From contig JBGFSC010000012.1 in NCBI GenBank assembly GCA_041694815.1, positions 1 through 62,745 on the forward strand: a stretch of 62,745 nucleotides of DNA, in the 5' to 3' direction. The position numbers and the translations under genes were made by a program. Below, one piece after another: positions 35,688 through 44,770 of the stretch; positions within the stretch are counted from its first letter, which is position 1; the number at the start of each line of letters is the position of its first letter. The stretch comes from Elusimicrobiota bacterium. Its GTDB lineage: Bacteria > Elusimicrobiota > Elusimicrobia > UBA1565 > JACRDR01. The notes under the pieces are model-generated. The model was not told the origin of the DNA. It made no database searches and worked only from the letters and a program-made list of their open reading frames with translations.

Positions 35688-36805
35688 CCCATCACCCACC
35701 GCACGTCCTCTTCCTCTACGGCGATCGCCCCTCGGGCCACGCGGCGGCGGCGGCGGCCCTGCGCGACCAGATGCGCCTGAGCGCTCCGCATGTGCGCGTT
35801 TCGGAGTTCAGCCTTTCCGAACTGCACCCGTTCGTCGGACCGCTGGTCTCGGGGGCCTACCTGCAGTTCGTGCAAAAAACGCCCAAGCTCTGGAGCTCGC
35901 TCTACGACAACAGCGCGGTGGCCGCCGCCATCGGCGAAATCCGGCGACCCCTGAGCGCGCTGCACCGGAAGAAATTGCGCGCCCGCCTGCGGCAGCTCTC
36001 GCCGGATCTGATCGTCTGCACGCACGCGCTGCCATGCGCGACGCTCTCGCTCGAAAAGGAGAACGGCGCCCTTTCCGCGCCGCTGGCCGCCGTGTTGACG
36101 GATTACGGGGTGCACGCCTTTTGGGTATCCGCCTACGTCGACCTCTACCTAGCCTCCTGCCAGGAGGCCGCGGAGGAGCTAATGCGGCGCGGGGTCGACG
36201 GCGCCAAAATCCAGGTCACGGGCATTCCCGTCCATCCCAAGCACCGAGAGAGACCGGGGCGCGAGCAGGCGCGCTCCGCCCTGGGCCTGGCCCTGGAGCC
36301 TTGGACCCTGCTGCTCGAGGGGGGAAGCCGCGGCCTCGGCCCGCTCCACCTGCTCGTCGACCAGCTGCTCGCCGAGCTGCCCCAGGCGCAGCTGCTCATC
36401 GCCTGCGGGCGCAACCGGGGGCTTTACCGGGAACTGCGCGGGCGCTACGGGCGGACGCCGAGGGTCCGGCCCCTGCCGTTTACGCGGCGCATGCCCACCT
36501 GCCTTGCGGCCGCCGACCTGCTCGTCGGCAAGCCGGGCGGACTGACGGCCGCGGAGGCCACGGCCACCGGCCTCCCCTTGGTATTGGTGGATCCGCTGCC
36601 GGGCCAGGAACAGCGCAACAGCGCTCACCTGGCTTCCCAAGGCGCTGCGATCTGCGTCGAGGACGCCTCTAGCCTGGGAAAGACCCTGCGCGCCCTGCTC
36701 CAAGAGCCCGAGCGCCTGCGGGCCCTGCGCGAGGGCGCCAAACGCGCCTCGAGGCCCGCCTCCAGCGAGCAGGCCTGCCGCGCGCTGCTCCAGCTGCTTC
36801 CATAA
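35675..36805 (+). CDS. Diacylglycerol glycosyltransferase (MGDG synthase/UgtP-like)
   Basis: SGHAAAA, CTHALP, VLTDY..H..W, TGIPV, KPGGLT..E, PGQEQRN. Confidence 0.9.
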   Translation: MPGTTHHPPHVLFLYGDRPSGHAAAAAALRDQMRLSAPHVRVSEFSLSELHPFVGPLVSGAYLQFVQKTPKLWSSLYDNSAVAAAIGEIRRPLSALHRKKLRARLRQLSPDLIVCTHALPCATLSLEKENGALSAPLAAVLTDYGVHAFWVSAYVDLYLASCQEAAEELMRRGVDGAKIQVTGIPVHPKHRERPGREQARSALGLALEPWTLLLEGGSRGLGPLHLLVDQLLAELPQAQLLIACGRNRGLYRELRGRYGRTPRVRPLPFTRRMPTCLAAADLLVGKPGGLTAAEATATGLPLVLVDPLPGQEQRNSAHLASQGAAICVEDASSLGKTLRALLQEPERLRALREGAKRASRPASSEQACRALLQLLP

Positions 36806-36839
36806 TGTATAATGTCCGATACCGTCCGACGTCAAATCC

Positions 36840-36912
36840 CGGGGTGTAGCTCAATTGGCAGAGCGCTTGGTTCGGGACCAAGAGGTTCTCGGTTCAAGCC
36901 CGAGCACCCCGA
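36840..36912 (+). tRNA. tRNA-Pro(CGG)
   Basis: CGGGGTG/CACCCCG acceptor stem, CTTGG-TTCGGGA-CCAAG anticodon arm; TATAAT at 36808-36813. Confidence 0.95.
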
Positions 36913-36965
36913 TCCTCCCTTGACAAGGCAACACTTGCTTTCCTTTCCTATCAACAAATTGTAAT

Positions 36966-37250
36966 ATGCCGGTGACGCGGCGCGTCCACGCGCGGATCCG
37001 CGGGAGGGTCCAAGGGGTCGGGTTCCGTTATTTCGCGCTGGAGGCGGCGGGGCGTTTGGGCGTATCCGGGTGGGTACGCAACCGTCCCGACGGTGGAGTC
37101 GAGTTGGAGGCTCAAGCCGCGCCCGAGGCTCTGGAGTCGTTCTTGGCGGAGGTCCGGCGAGGGCCTCCTTTTTCGCGCGTGGATTCGGTGGAGCTTCAAG
37201 AGATCCCTAATCTGGGGGAAGAAGGGACTTTTCAGATTCGAGGAGCGTAA
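36966..37250 (+). CDS. acyP: Acylphosphatase
   Basis: GRVQGVGFR, GWVRNRPDGGVE. Confidence 0.93.
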   Translation: MPVTRRVHARIRGRVQGVGFRYFALEAAGRLGVSGWVRNRPDGGVELEAQAAPEALESFLAEVRRGPPFSRVDSVELQEIPNLGEEGTFQIRGA

Positions 37251-38288
37251 ATGGAACCCAGCACGGACTCGATCAGCCAGTATTTCAAGGGAATCCAGAA
37301 GCTGGCGCAAATGAACCGTGAGGACATGCATGTCCTCTGGAAGAAGGCCAAGCGCGGGGACCGGGCCGCCAAGCAGAGCATCATGGAGGTTAACCTGCGC
37401 CTCGTAGTCCCCATCGCCAAGAAATACCAGCGTCAAGGCATCGAGTTCCTCGACCTGATCGAGGAGGGAAACCTCGGCCTCATGCACGCCGTCGACAAGT
37501 TCGACCCGCGCAAGGGGTACCGCTTCTCGACCTACGCCTCGTATTGGATCGAACAGTCCATCCGCCGCGCGGTCGAGGAGCAGTCAAAGACGATCCGCAT
37601 CCCACCGCACGCCTGGGAGGCGCTGCGAAAATGGCTCAAGGAATGGGAGCGCATGCACGCCCTCATGGGCCGCGACCCGACGCTGGCTGAGATGGCCAAG
37701 CGCATGCATTGGACCGCGCGGCAGGTAAGGGGGGTGCTCGACGCGGCCGAGGCGGCCAAGGGGATCGGGTCGCTGGAGGCCCCCGTGGAAAGCGAGGACG
37801 ATAACATCACGGTCGAGGACATGATTTCGGAGTCCGATGCCCAATCCCCCGAGAACCTGATCTCGATCCTCAAGCTGCACGACGAGTTGAGCGAGGCGAT
37901 GGGCGAGATCGGCGAGCGCGAGCGCATGATCCTCGAGTTCCGCCACGGCCTCACGGGACAGACCCCCATGACGCTCGAGGAGGTGGGCAAGCGCTTGAAG
38001 CTCTCGCGCGAGCGCATCCGCCAGATCGAGGAGCGCGCCTTGCTCCGCCTGCGCCGCGTGGCCAACCGCATGGGGCTCATCGAGGTCAGCGAGCCTCGGC
38101 CGCTGCCTACGCCGAACCTCCAGCCAGGCTGGAACGCGCCCAAGCCCAAGACGGACATCCTGGGCCAGGTGATCCCCGCAGGCCGGCGCACAGCGCCCGC
38201 ACCGGCGCGAAAAGCCCCGCGCAAGCTCCTCTTCTCGGTGGCCAAGAATTCCTCGAAATCCCGCAACGGTTCCAAGAAACGGCGATGA
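37251..38288 (+). CDS. Sigma70-family factor (group 2/RpoS-like, no region 1.1)
   Basis: [37 protein letters not shown]...SRERIRQIE. Confidence 0.92.
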   Translation: MEPSTDSISQYFKGIQKLAQMNREDMHVLWKKAKRGDRAAKQSIMEVNLRLVVPIAKKYQRQGIEFLDLIEEGNLGLMHAVDKFDPRKGYRFSTYASYWIEQSIRRAVEEQSKTIRIPPHAWEALRKWLKEWERMHALMGRDPTLAEMAKRMHWTARQVRGVLDAAEAAKGIGSLEAPVESEDDNITVEDMISESDAQSPENLISILKLHDELSEAMGEIGERERMILEFRHGLTGQTPMTLEEVGKRLKLSRERIRQIEERALLRLRRVANRMGLIEVSEPRPLPTPNLQPGWNAPKPKTDILGQVIPAGRRTAPAPARKAPRKLLFSVAKNSSKSRNGSKKRR

Positions 38289-38827
38289 AAAGGCCGAGCG
38301 CGGCTGACGGCATAGCCCAGATTAAGGACCTCATCCGGGACGTGCCGGATTTTCCGAAGCCCGGCATCGTGTTCAAAGACATCACGCCGCTATTGGCGGA
38401 CGCGGAGGCATTTAAGTCCCTCATCGAGCTCATGGCGGCGCCATATAAAGGGAAAGGCATCGAGCAGATCGCCGGGATCGAATCCCGCGGATTCCTTTTG
38501 GCCACCGCGATGGCCTACCATCTGGGGGCCGGGGTGATCCCGATCCGCAAGAAGGGGAAGCTGCCGCGCAAGACGATCTCGGTGAGCTATGCCTTGGAAT
38601 ACGGAACGGACACCGTGGAGGCGCACGCGGACGCCGCCCGCTCGGGCTCGAAGATCCTGCTGGTCGACGACGTGCTGGCGACCGGGGGGACGGCTTCGGC
38701 CTCTTTACAGCTGCTCGAGCAATTGGGAGCCCGAGTCGTGGGAGCCAGCTTTCTTATCGAACTTGATTTCCTCAAGGGCCGCGAGAAGCTACGCGAACAC
38801 GCAGTCGAATCCCTCATCCATTACTAG
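38285..38827 (+). CDS. apt: Adenine phosphoribosyltransferase
   Basis: [33 protein letters not shown]. Confidence 0.95.
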   Translation: MKRPSAADGIAQIKDLIRDVPDFPKPGIVFKDITPLLADAEAFKSLIELMAAPYKGKGIEQIAGIESRGFLLATAMAYHLGAGVIPIRKKGKLPRKTISVSYALEYGTDTVEAHADAARSGSKILLVDDVLATGGTASASLQLLEQLGARVVGASFLIELDFLKGREKLREHAVESLIHY

Positions 38828-38832
38828 AGATT

Positions 38833-39054
38833 ATGGGCCCCTCCGCCGATGCGGCGCAGCTGGAAATCTTCCGACGCATGGCGCCGCAAGAAAAGCTGGC
38901 CCTCGCTTCCGAGCTTAGGGAGATCCATCTCGATATGCTGGCCGCAGGTCTGCGGGCTCGGCGCAGCGACGCGTCCGAGGAAGATATCCGCCTGGAAGTT
39001 CTAAAACTCATCCTCGGTGATCGGCTCTTTCAGGCCGCCTACACGCGATCTTGA
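38833..39054 (+). CDS. Small helical protein, probable partner of the downstream nucleotidyltransferase
   Basis: 73 aa, FRRMAPQEKL; 4-nt overlap with next gene. Confidence 0.65.
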   Translation: MGPSADAAQLEIFRRMAPQEKLALASELREIHLDMLAAGLRARRSDASEEDIRLEVLKLILGDRLFQAAYTRS

Positions 39055-39584
39055 GCCAGGACGCCGTCCTTAAAAAATTATTCTCCCAACTCGACGGCCT
39101 CGGCATTCGCCACATGCTGACCGGCTCCTACGCGTCCAATATCTATGGCCGCGTCCGTTCTACATTCGACGCTGATATCGTCGTCGCACTGCATGCCCCG
39201 GAGCTCAGCCGCCTGATCGAAGCCCTGGGAAAGGACTTTTATTTCGATGCGGCCAATATGACAGAGATTAAAGATGCGGGCGGCCAATTCAACGCGATTC
39301 ATCGACCCTCGGGACTTAAGATCGATTTTTACCTAGCTCGGGATCAAGAAGTGCTCTCCCGGTCACGAAGGTATCCTCTTTGGGGAATAGAGGTATCCGT
39401 GATTTCCCCGGAAGACCTCATTCTTGCCAAACTGGTCTGGGCAAAAGAGGGGGGGTCCGCACGACAGCTAGAGGATGCAAAGGGTATCCACGAAGTTCAG
39501 CGGGACAGTTTGGACACGAGATATCTTCGTTCAAAAGCCGCCAAGCTTTCGGTACTCGATACGCTCGATCGAATCCTAACCTAA
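39051..39584 (+). CDS. Nucleotidyltransferase-fold protein
   Basis: LTGSYAS...RSTFDAD, KIDF, SPEDLILAKL, RQLED. Confidence 0.78.
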   Translation: MSQDAVLKKLFSQLDGLGIRHMLTGSYASNIYGRVRSTFDADIVVALHAPELSRLIEALGKDFYFDAANMTEIKDAGGQFNAIHRPSGLKIDFYLARDQEVLSRSRRYPLWGIEVSVISPEDLILAKLVWAKEGGSARQLEDAKGIHEVQRDSLDTRYLRSKAAKLSVLDTLDRILT

Positions 39585-39626
39585 CCGCCGGACATGCGTT
39601 TACGAATCTTGTACAATGCTTGTCGC

Positions 39627-39698
39627 GCCCCCGTAGCTCAATGGATAGAGCTAGCGCGTCCTAAGCGTTAGATGGTGGTTCGATTCCGCCCGGGGGCA
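39627..39698 (+). tRNA. tRNA-Arg(CCT)
   Basis: GCCCCCG/CGGGGGC acceptor stem, AGCGC-GTCCTAA-GCGTT anticodon arm, GGTTCGATTCC; TACAAT at 39612-39617. Confidence 0.9.
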
Positions 39699-39703
39699 AA
39701 TTT

Positions 39704-40357
39704 ATGAGCAAACAATGGGCCAAACAAGAGCTTAAGCACGATCCTCTAGCGGGCTCGGTGGGCCGTCTGAGCGCCTGGATCGAGGCCAACCGCCGCAATT
39801 TCTTGATTGGTCTCGGCGCGCTGCTGGCGGTACTGGTAGCGGGGGGAGTGCTCGCCCGCAATTGGATCAATCGGAAAAACGAGGCCTGGGAGCGCCTGTC
39901 CCTGGCCCAATCCTACGCCTTCCGCGGGGACAACGATGCTTCCCTGGCCCAAATCAAGTCCCTGACTGAAAATTTCGATTTAAACGAAGCTGCGGCTTTT
40001 GGCCTCCTCTTCGCGGCCGATCTGCATTACCGGCAGGCTCGTTATAAGGAAGCGGCCGATGCCTACCAGAAAATCGTGGAGGCCCAGCGGCCCAAACGCC
40101 TGGTCCCGGTCGCTCTCGCGAATATGGGTCTAGCCTTGGAGGCAGGCGGCGATTATAAGGCGGCGGCCGACAGCGACCAACGCTTCCTCGATGCTTTTCA
40201 AGACCATTTTTTAGCTCCCCAGACGCATGCCGCCTTGGCCCGCTGCCTGGAAGCCCTGGGACAGAAAGAGCAGGCCCGTACCGCGCTGCAGCGTATTTCG
40301 CTCCTCTATCCCGATACCTATTGGGCGCAATGGTCCCAAGCCCGCCTTAAGTCCTAA
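39704..40357 (+). CDS. Membrane-anchored TPR protein (YfgM-like)
   Basis: KQELKHD N-terminus, single TM, TPR helices. Confidence 0.75.
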   Translation: MSKQWAKQELKHDPLAGSVGRLSAWIEANRRNFLIGLGALLAVLVAGGVLARNWINRKNEAWERLSLAQSYAFRGDNDASLAQIKSLTENFDLNEAAAFGLLFAADLHYRQARYKEAADAYQKIVEAQRPKRLVPVALANMGLALEAGGDYKAAADSDQRFLDAFQDHFLAPQTHAALARCLEALGQKEQARTALQRISLLYPDTYWAQWSQARLKS

Positions 40358-40455
40358 AAAAACCAATCTCCGTCGAGGATTTTGTCCGCGGATACTCATC
40401 AACACAAGATAACAATAGACAGCCCCAAAAAATTTTAGATAGACATATAAATTGC

Positions 40456-40485
40456 TTGACAGCTTTATAACGCTTTAGTTACAAT
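40456..40485 (+). promoter_or_regulatory. Sigma70 promoter of the outer-membrane protein gene
   Basis: TTGACA-18 nt-TACAAT. Confidence 0.65.
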
Positions 40486-40610
40486 CGAGCCGCTCAGAAG
40501 GAGACCGAAAGGGCTCCTCAAAAAGCGTAGGCATCCCTCAACAACGAGGATGCTGAAAAAATCAGGCGTCCCGCGAAGGGATGCTTACGAAAATGGTAAG
40601 GAGGTCATAC

Positions 40611-42098
40611 ATGAAGAAGCTCCTGGGTGCGGCACTGGCCCTGGCCCTCGTGTTTCCTTCGGGCCCGGCAAGCAGCGCCGAATTACTCAAGAACTTAAAG
40701 GTCAGCGGAGGCCTCGACTTGCAACACACCAGTGGGCGCAACGTCGTGGACTTCGTGACCCGAGCGCCATCCAATGGCGGCGCGGCCACCAACAACGATC
40801 GGCTCGCCACCACGGCGACGCGGGTCGTCCTGGGGCTGGGTTGGGATCTGCTCGATGACGTGCACGCCAAGGTCACGCTGCGCAAGAACGATCGTCCTTG
40901 GGGTAATGTCGGAACCGGCGGCCAGGGCGCGGGTGCTCAGGGCGGCGGTATTGGCAATCAGGCCATCGATGGGGGCGGCGCTCTCGGCAACACCTACATC
41001 AACGAGGCCTATGTCAAGATCGACAAGCTCTTCGGCAGCCTCGACAGCACCTTCGGCCGGCAGTTCTGGGGCGAGCCAGGAGATCTGATCGCCTTCTGGG
41101 GACCTAAGAACGCCTATGGCCTCCCGGTCACGGCGATTGATGCCGTGAGCGTGATGGGCTCTTGGGACTGGTTCGACTTCGCGGGCATCGTGGGGCAAAA
41201 CCGGGCGAACGCGATCGGCACCGTCGCCAGCGGCGGCGGCGCGGTCACGGACCAGGATGTCCGGGGCATCAACCTGGGCATCAAGCCGCTTCCCATCAAG
41301 ACCTCGGTCTTCCTATGGAACGTGGTGACCCATAACAACGGCGCGCTGGGCAACCAAGGCCCAGCCACCACGGGTCTTAACGACAACCTGTGGGTGTACG
41401 GCTTGAAGATCAAGGGAGAGGCGATGGGTGGATGGGCCGGGCTCACCTTGGCCTCCAACGGCGGCCAAAACCGCACGGGCGTAGCATCGTCCAACTACAT
41501 CGGAAAGGCGGCCCTGCTCGATCTCGGCTATAAGGCCGATATCTCGGGCGTGGGAGGCCTGACTCCCTGGTTCAACTGGGGATGGGGCAGCGGTCGGCAT
41601 GACTCCATCACCAACAAGAACGAGACCTTCATGTCGGTGGCCTCCGATTATCGACCGGGCGTCATCTACGGGCGCTTTAACAGCGCGGGCTTGACCAACC
41701 TCGGCAGCGGCATCACGGGTCTTACGACCTACGATGGCGTCGCCGGCGTCGCGAGCCCGGGTCTCAGCAACCGGCTCATCTGGGGCGGCGGCCTGAAGTT
41801 CAACCCCAGCATGTGGAGCAAGCTCGGCGCGGGCGTGTCGTACTGGAACTTCAACTACGCCAACGCCACCCGCGCAGGCACCGTAGCCCCGGTGGCCAGG
41901 GGTAACCGGCATATCGGCTCGGAAATCGACTTCCAGGTCGATTGGGCGCACTCCGAGAACGTGGGCCTTTCGGCGGGATGGGCGACCTTCCAGCCGGGCG
42001 GCTTCATTAAGGAGACGATCCGAGCGGCCGGTCCAGCAGTCCAGCAGGGCAATAATCCGGCCACGCTGGTCTTCGCCGATCTGAACATCAAGTTCTAA
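40611..42098 (+). CDS. Outer-membrane beta-barrel protein (alginate-export/porin-like)
   Basis: AAGGAGGT RBS, signal peptide, EAYVKIDKLFG..FGRQ, IGSEID, terminal LNIKF. Confidence 0.75.
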   Translation: MKKLLGAALALALVFPSGPASSAELLKNLKVSGGLDLQHTSGRNVVDFVTRAPSNGGAATNNDRLATTATRVVLGLGWDLLDDVHAKVTLRKNDRPWGNVGTGGQGAGAQGGGIGNQAIDGGGALGNTYINEAYVKIDKLFGSLDSTFGRQFWGEPGDLIAFWGPKNAYGLPVTAIDAVSVMGSWDWFDFAGIVGQNRANAIGTVASGGGAVTDQDVRGINLGIKPLPIKTSVFLWNVVTHNNGALGNQGPATTGLNDNLWVYGLKIKGEAMGGWAGLTLASNGGQNRTGVASSNYIGKAALLDLGYKADISGVGGLTPWFNWGWGSGRHDSITNKNETFMSVASDYRPGVIYGRFNSAGLTNLGSGITGLTTYDGVAGVASPGLSNRLIWGGGLKFNPSMWSKLGAGVSYWNFNYANATRAGTVAPVARGNRHIGSEIDFQVDWAHSENVGLSAGWATFQPGGFIKETIRAAGPAVQQGNNPATLVFADLNIKF

Positions 42099-42111
42099 GC
42101 GAAGGGTACGC

Positions 42112-42150
42112 AAACCCCCCCGGCGCTTGCGCCGGGGGGGTTTTTCTTTT
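42112..42150 (+). terminator. Rho-independent terminator
   Basis: AAACCCCCCCGGCGC-TT-GCGCCGGGGGGGTTT followed by T tract. Confidence 0.88.
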
Positions 42151-42184
42151 GATTTGAATGTCATATTTGCTACGATTTCGCGCA

Positions 42185-43516
42185 ATGCTGCCGCGTTCCT
42201 TCGCGCTCTTGGCCGCGTTTCTTCCCTCGTGGGCGCATGGCGCGGCACTGGACGTCAGCACCGATTACCGGCTCCGCGCCCTTTCCTATAAGAATCTCGA
42301 TTTGCGGGGGCCGAGCAACGACCGCTCCTTCATTACCCAAAACGCAAGACTCGGGGTGGCCGTAAAAAACATACAGCTGGAAACGGGCGAGACCGACGCA
42401 CCGAGCATGGACGTGGTCCTGGCCTTAAGAGGCATCGGCGTGGCAGGGTCCACCGGGCCGCTGCAATCGCCTTTCGACCGAATCGCCGAACGGTATCCCA
42501 ATACCGCTTTTATCCCGTACGTGGAAAGCGCCTTTATCAAAACCCATGGGCTTTTCGGACGGCCGATCGATCTAACGATCGGACAACAGCCCTTTACGCT
42601 CGGCAGCGGGCTGCTGTTGGCCGATGACGGGGTAGGCCTGCCGGGCCTCGCGGTCCGGGGAACGCTTCCCTGGTGGGAAATGAAGGCCGAGGGCTTCGTA
42701 TTCCAGCCGCGCAACAATCAGTCGAGCGGAAACAGCCTGATGCTGTTCGGCTTTTCCTTGGAACTCCCTTCCGAGGGCAATTGGGGCCTACACCAACTCA
42801 TCGAAAAGGACCGGAGCGATCAGGTGTTGCTCGGCCATAGAGTCAGCAAGGCCACGCGCAGCTTCACCAGCGTGCGCTATCAAATCAGCTATGGGCCGAT
42901 GTTCTTCGATGGGGAAGCGGCCATAGAACGCGGGAACGCGACCCCTACCGGCCCGAACCCTCTCGACCATCCCATCACCTTCAACGGCAATGCCCAAGTG
43001 ATGCGGGCCAAATGGAAACAACCCTTTTGGAAGGGGGGGGCCGAAGGCATCGCCCGCCTGACCGCCGCCCGAGGCAGCGGCGACAACATCACCTCTCCTA
43101 CGACCAGCGGCGCCTTCTTCCCCACGCGGGGTCATCGCTTCGACGGCCTAGAACGAGCGGGCTTCGGCGAATTTTTCGGCGCAACCCCCTTCGACGCCTT
43201 CGGGGGCTTTTCCAGCATGACCGCCAACGGCCTGCCTCCGGGGGTCAGCGGCATCATTTCACTGGGATTGGGTATTACGCCCCCCGCTTACCGCGGCATT
43301 ATCCTAGACATCGATTATTGGCTGTTCCAGGCCGACCGCAACAGTTCGGGGCCCGCGCGCACCCTGGGCAACGAGTTCGATTTCCGCCTCCGCTACGGCT
43401 TCCGCGATCGCTTCAACGTTTCGGCCTCTGCCGCCTTCTTCAAGGCCGGGCCTGCCATCAGCACCGGCAAGGGCAGCGCTCGGCGCTTCATGCTGGAAGC
43501 CTCGGCGCGATTCTAA
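42185..43516 (+). CDS. Second outer-membrane beta-barrel protein (alginate-export-like)
   Basis: Signal peptide, DYRLR, GQQPFTLGSG, LGNEFD, terminal ASARF; TG-n-TACGAT 8 nt before ATG. Confidence 0.72.
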   Translation: MLPRSFALLAAFLPSWAHGAALDVSTDYRLRALSYKNLDLRGPSNDRSFITQNARLGVAVKNIQLETGETDAPSMDVVLALRGIGVAGSTGPLQSPFDRIAERYPNTAFIPYVESAFIKTHGLFGRPIDLTIGQQPFTLGSGLLLADDGVGLPGLAVRGTLPWWEMKAEGFVFQPRNNQSSGNSLMLFGFSLELPSEGNWGLHQLIEKDRSDQVLLGHRVSKATRSFTSVRYQISYGPMFFDGEAAIERGNATPTGPNPLDHPITFNGNAQVMRAKWKQPFWKGGAEGIARLTAARGSGDNITSPTTSGAFFPTRGHRFDGLERAGFGEFFGATPFDAFGGFSSMTANGLPPGVSGIISLGLGITPPAYRGIILDIDYWLFQADRNSSGPARTLGNEFDFRLRYGFRDRFNVSASAAFFKAGPAISTGKGSARRFMLEASARF

Positions 43517-43537
43517 TAGCCCATTCTTTGCCATAAT

Positions 43538-43666
43538 AGACTTAATTTTTGACTTAATTATTATTTTAAGTCACAAAAATAGATGACCTAGGCATTTTTT
43601 ATGCATATATTAAGCCCTGTCTGCATATAATTGACTTATATATTAATTAATGACATACTTAGGTCA
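43538..43666 (+). promoter_or_regulatory. Leaderless promoter embedded in repeated GAC(T/C)TA half-sites
   Basis: TTGACT(43631)-17 nt-CATACT(43654), ATG 6 nt later; IR TGACTTAA-N8-TTAAGTCA at 43550-43573. Confidence 0.65.
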
Positions 43667-44154
43667 TGCCGGATGCGCGCCAATACCGACTTCGCCTAAA
43701 GCTGCCCGGTGGCGCCGAGTTCGAGGCCGAAGGAGACCCCGAGTTCATACTGGCCGAACGCCGGGCGTTCCTTTCGGAGCCGGCCAAGAACTCGGAGGCG
43801 CCTCACTGGCCCAACGTACTGGAAAACAAAGCCGGAACCCTTCAATTGCGCGGCAAACTGAGACCTCCCAACACCGAACAAGAGGCCTGCTTGCTGCTCA
43901 TGGCGGGGGCCTCCCAGCTACTCCAATTGACCAAGCCGACGGCCGCGCAGCTCGCCCGCTGGCTGCGGGCCTCCGGATACCCGGTCCAGCGCGTCGATCG
44001 AGCCATAATGGAAACGGTCCGAAACGGTCAAGTGCTGGCCTCGGGTAGCCGCCGCGCTCGGCGCTATGAGCTGACGGGGCCTGGCCGCGCCAAGGCCTTC
44101 CTGCTGGCCCGCGAACTCGAGGCCCTGCTAGAAAATAACCCCCTAGCCGCTTAA
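43666..44154 (+). CDS. Hypothetical protein with C-terminal winged-helix-like domain
   Basis: N-terminal EFEAEGDPEF; C-terminal RRYELTGPG wing motif resembling PadR/MarR-type wHTH. Confidence 0.65.
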   Translation: MPDARQYRLRLKLPGGAEFEAEGDPEFILAERRAFLSEPAKNSEAPHWPNVLENKAGTLQLRGKLRPPNTEQEACLLLMAGASQLLQLTKPTAAQLARWLRASGYPVQRVDRAIMETVRNGQVLASGSRRARRYELTGPGRAKAFLLARELEALLENNPLAA

Positions 44155-44188
44155 TTTGAGCCCATAAAATGTGGACTACTCGCACATT

Positions 44189-44216
44189 ACTTGTGATAAT
44201 ATATATTATGTTTCTT
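44189..44216 (+). other. dif-like XerC/XerD recombination site
   Basis: ACTTGTGATAA-TATATA-TTATGTTTCTT, 11-6-11 layout, at the point where gene orientation converges. Confidence 0.7.
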
Positions 44217-44401
44217 ATTTGGCCTGCCCAGCCACATACCAACTACTCATAAGGCCTCTCGTAAAACAATGATTTTCATCGCAAAATTAGTCAGAATTCC
44301 CGAAGCAGCTACAAGCGCTCTTAGATTTCCTAAATTAGCAGTCTTTTTTACGTCGAATTAAGTTCGGCCGCGCTCCCATGGCGCCTAGAATCAGCAGAAG
44401 C

Positions 44402-44430
44402 TTTACGAAAAGTTGGCAACTTTTCGTAAA
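44402..44430. repeat. 29-bp palindrome
   Basis: TTTACGAAAAGTTG-G-CAACTTTTCGTAAA, perfect 14-bp arms. Confidence 0.85.
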
Positions 44431-44536
44431 TTTATAGGCGCCCTAAAGGGCATAAAAAAACCATGGCAGGATGCTTCGGGATCGGCCAAAAGCTGGCAGC
44501 TTTCGATAAAAACCAGCAAGGGGGGCCGGGGAACCT

Positions 44537-44770
44537 TTAGGGCTTAAAGAGGCGCCAGGCGATCAACGAATACCCCAAAAGAAGCAACGGCGGGGAAAAC
44601 CATGAGGCGAGATTGCTCCCCAAGGTATCGGTAAAGGGAAGAAGAAAAAAACCAAGAAACAGGCAAGCGAGTCCGATCCAAAGAAGCCGCTTTCGTGAAA
44701 AGACGAAAGAAGGCTTTAAGGCCGGCTGCGGCGGCGGGGAAGAAATCCTTTGATGGTTTTTAGCGCTCAT
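44537..44770 (-). CDS. Small two-TM membrane protein
   Basis: 77 aa, two hydrophobic helices, SPPLLLLGY; overlaps lysA stop. Confidence 0.6.
   Translation of the reverse strand: MSAKNHQRISSPPPQPALKPSFVFSRKRLLWIGLACLFLGFFLLPFTDTLGSNLASWFSPPLLLLGYSLIAWRLFKP

Noticed and set aside
40490..40610. Known riboswitch (glycine or c-di-GMP) in the OMP leader
   Set aside because: GGAGA/CCGAA fragments are present, but I could not match the conserved cores; kept only as an unknown structured leader
43520..44540. AT-rich region as oriC
   Set aside because: No DnaA box cluster; genes converge rather than diverge; a dif-like site is present
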